This document shows positions 62,655-64,000 of a DNA stretch of 64,000 nucleotides, one piece after another. The translations under genes and the position numbers were made by a program. Source of the DNA: Eledone cirrhosa (lineage: Eukaryota). The stretch's first letter is position 1, and every line of letters begins with the position of its first letter. The DNA is taken from the NCBI GenBank assembly GCA_964016885.1, contig OZ024741.1:318804001-318868000 (forward strand), written 5' to 3'. The notes under the pieces are model-generated. The model was not told where the DNA came from. It did no database searches and saw only the letters and a program-made list of their open reading frames with translations.

Positions 62655-64000
62655 TCATCACCACTAACATCACCACTAACATCACCAACACCATCACCAC
62701 TAACATCACTACTAACATCACCACCACCATCACCACTAACATCACTACTAACATCACCACTAACATCACCACTAACATCACCACTAACATCACCACTAAC
62801 ATCACCACTAACATCACCACCACCATCACCACTAACATCACTACTAACATCACCACCACCATCACCACTAACATCACCACTAACATCACCACTAACATCA
62901 CTACTAACAACACTACTAACATCACCACTAACATCACCACTAACATGACCACTAACATCACTACTAACATCATCATCACCACTAACATCACCACTAACAT
63001 CACCACTAAGATCACCACCACCATCACCACTAACAACACTACTAACATCACCACTAACATCACCACTAACATGACCACTAACATCACTACTAACATCATC
63101 ATCACCACTAACATCACCACTAACATCACCACTAAGATCACCACCACCATCACCAGTAACATCACCACCACCATCACCACTAACATCACCACCACCATCA
63201 CCACTAACATCACCACTAACATCACCACCAACATCACCACTAACATCACTACTAACATCACCAGCACCATCACCACTAACATCACCACTAACATCACCAC
63301 TAACATCATCACTAACATCACCACTAACATCACCACTAACATCACCACTAACATCACCACAAACATCACCAATAACATCACCACCACCATCACCACTAAC
63401 ATCACCACTAACATCACTACTAACATCACTACTAACATCACCACTAACATCACCACCACCATCACCACTAACATCACCACTAACATCACCACCACCATCA
63501 CCACTAACATCGCCACTAACATCACCACTAACATCACCACTAACATCACCACTAACATCACCACTAACATCACCACTAACATCACCACTAACATCACCAC
63601 TAACATCACCACTAACATCACTACTAACATCACTACTAACATCACCACTAACATCACCAATAACATCACCACCACCATCACCACTAACATCACCACCACC
63701 ATCACCACTAACATCACTACTAACATCACCACTAACATCACTACTAACATCACCACCACCATCACCACTAACATCACCACTAACATCACCAGTAACATCA
63801 CTACTAACATCACCACTAATATCACCACTAACATCACCACTAACATCACCACTAACATCACCACTAACATCACCACAAACATCACCACCACCATCACCAC
63901 TAACATCACCACCACCATCACCACTAACATCACCACCACCATCACTACTAACATCACCACTAACATCACTACTAACATCACCACTAACATCACCACTAAC
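62655..64000. repeat. 12-bp satellite (ATCACCACTAAC)n, >1.3 kb, runs off the window
   Basis: Read directly; variants atcactactaac, atcaccaccacc. Confidence 0.95.

Noticed and set aside
62626-63996. 456-aa MLVV-repeat ORF
   Set aside because: Stop-free frame of the 12-bp satellite

Overview
AT-rich, microsatellite-dense eukaryotic (animal) DNA that is almost entirely repeat-derived; the SINE/LINE complement resembles a cephalopod (octopus-like) genome, which is an inference. The first 27 kb is a nest of non-LTR retrotransposons sitting in microsatellites: three long, divergent Tx1/L1-clade elements (A 1.6-7.4 kb with both ORFs open, in (ATCT)n; B 9.3-14.8 kb with broken ORF2; C 18.7-24.7 kb with open ORF2, in (ATT)n), a fourth 3' fragment in (GATA)n, and two R4/Dong-type REL elements on the opposite strand. 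The rest holds tRNA-derived SINEs, decayed RTE, CRE and Penelope-like (GIY-YIG) remnants, Helitron-like and TIR MITEs, many fold-back palindromes, several hammerhead ribozyme motifs, satellites and one candidate host exon. Top observation: in all three Tx1 elements ORF1 ends on a consensus 5' splice site, and in A and B the ORF2 stop codon doubles as a 3' AG followed at once by an in-frame stop, so the whole of ORF2 looks like a spliceosomal intron whose removal gives an ORF1-only mRNA. All calls are by eye; no searches were run and boundaries are approximate unless a TSD is quoted.
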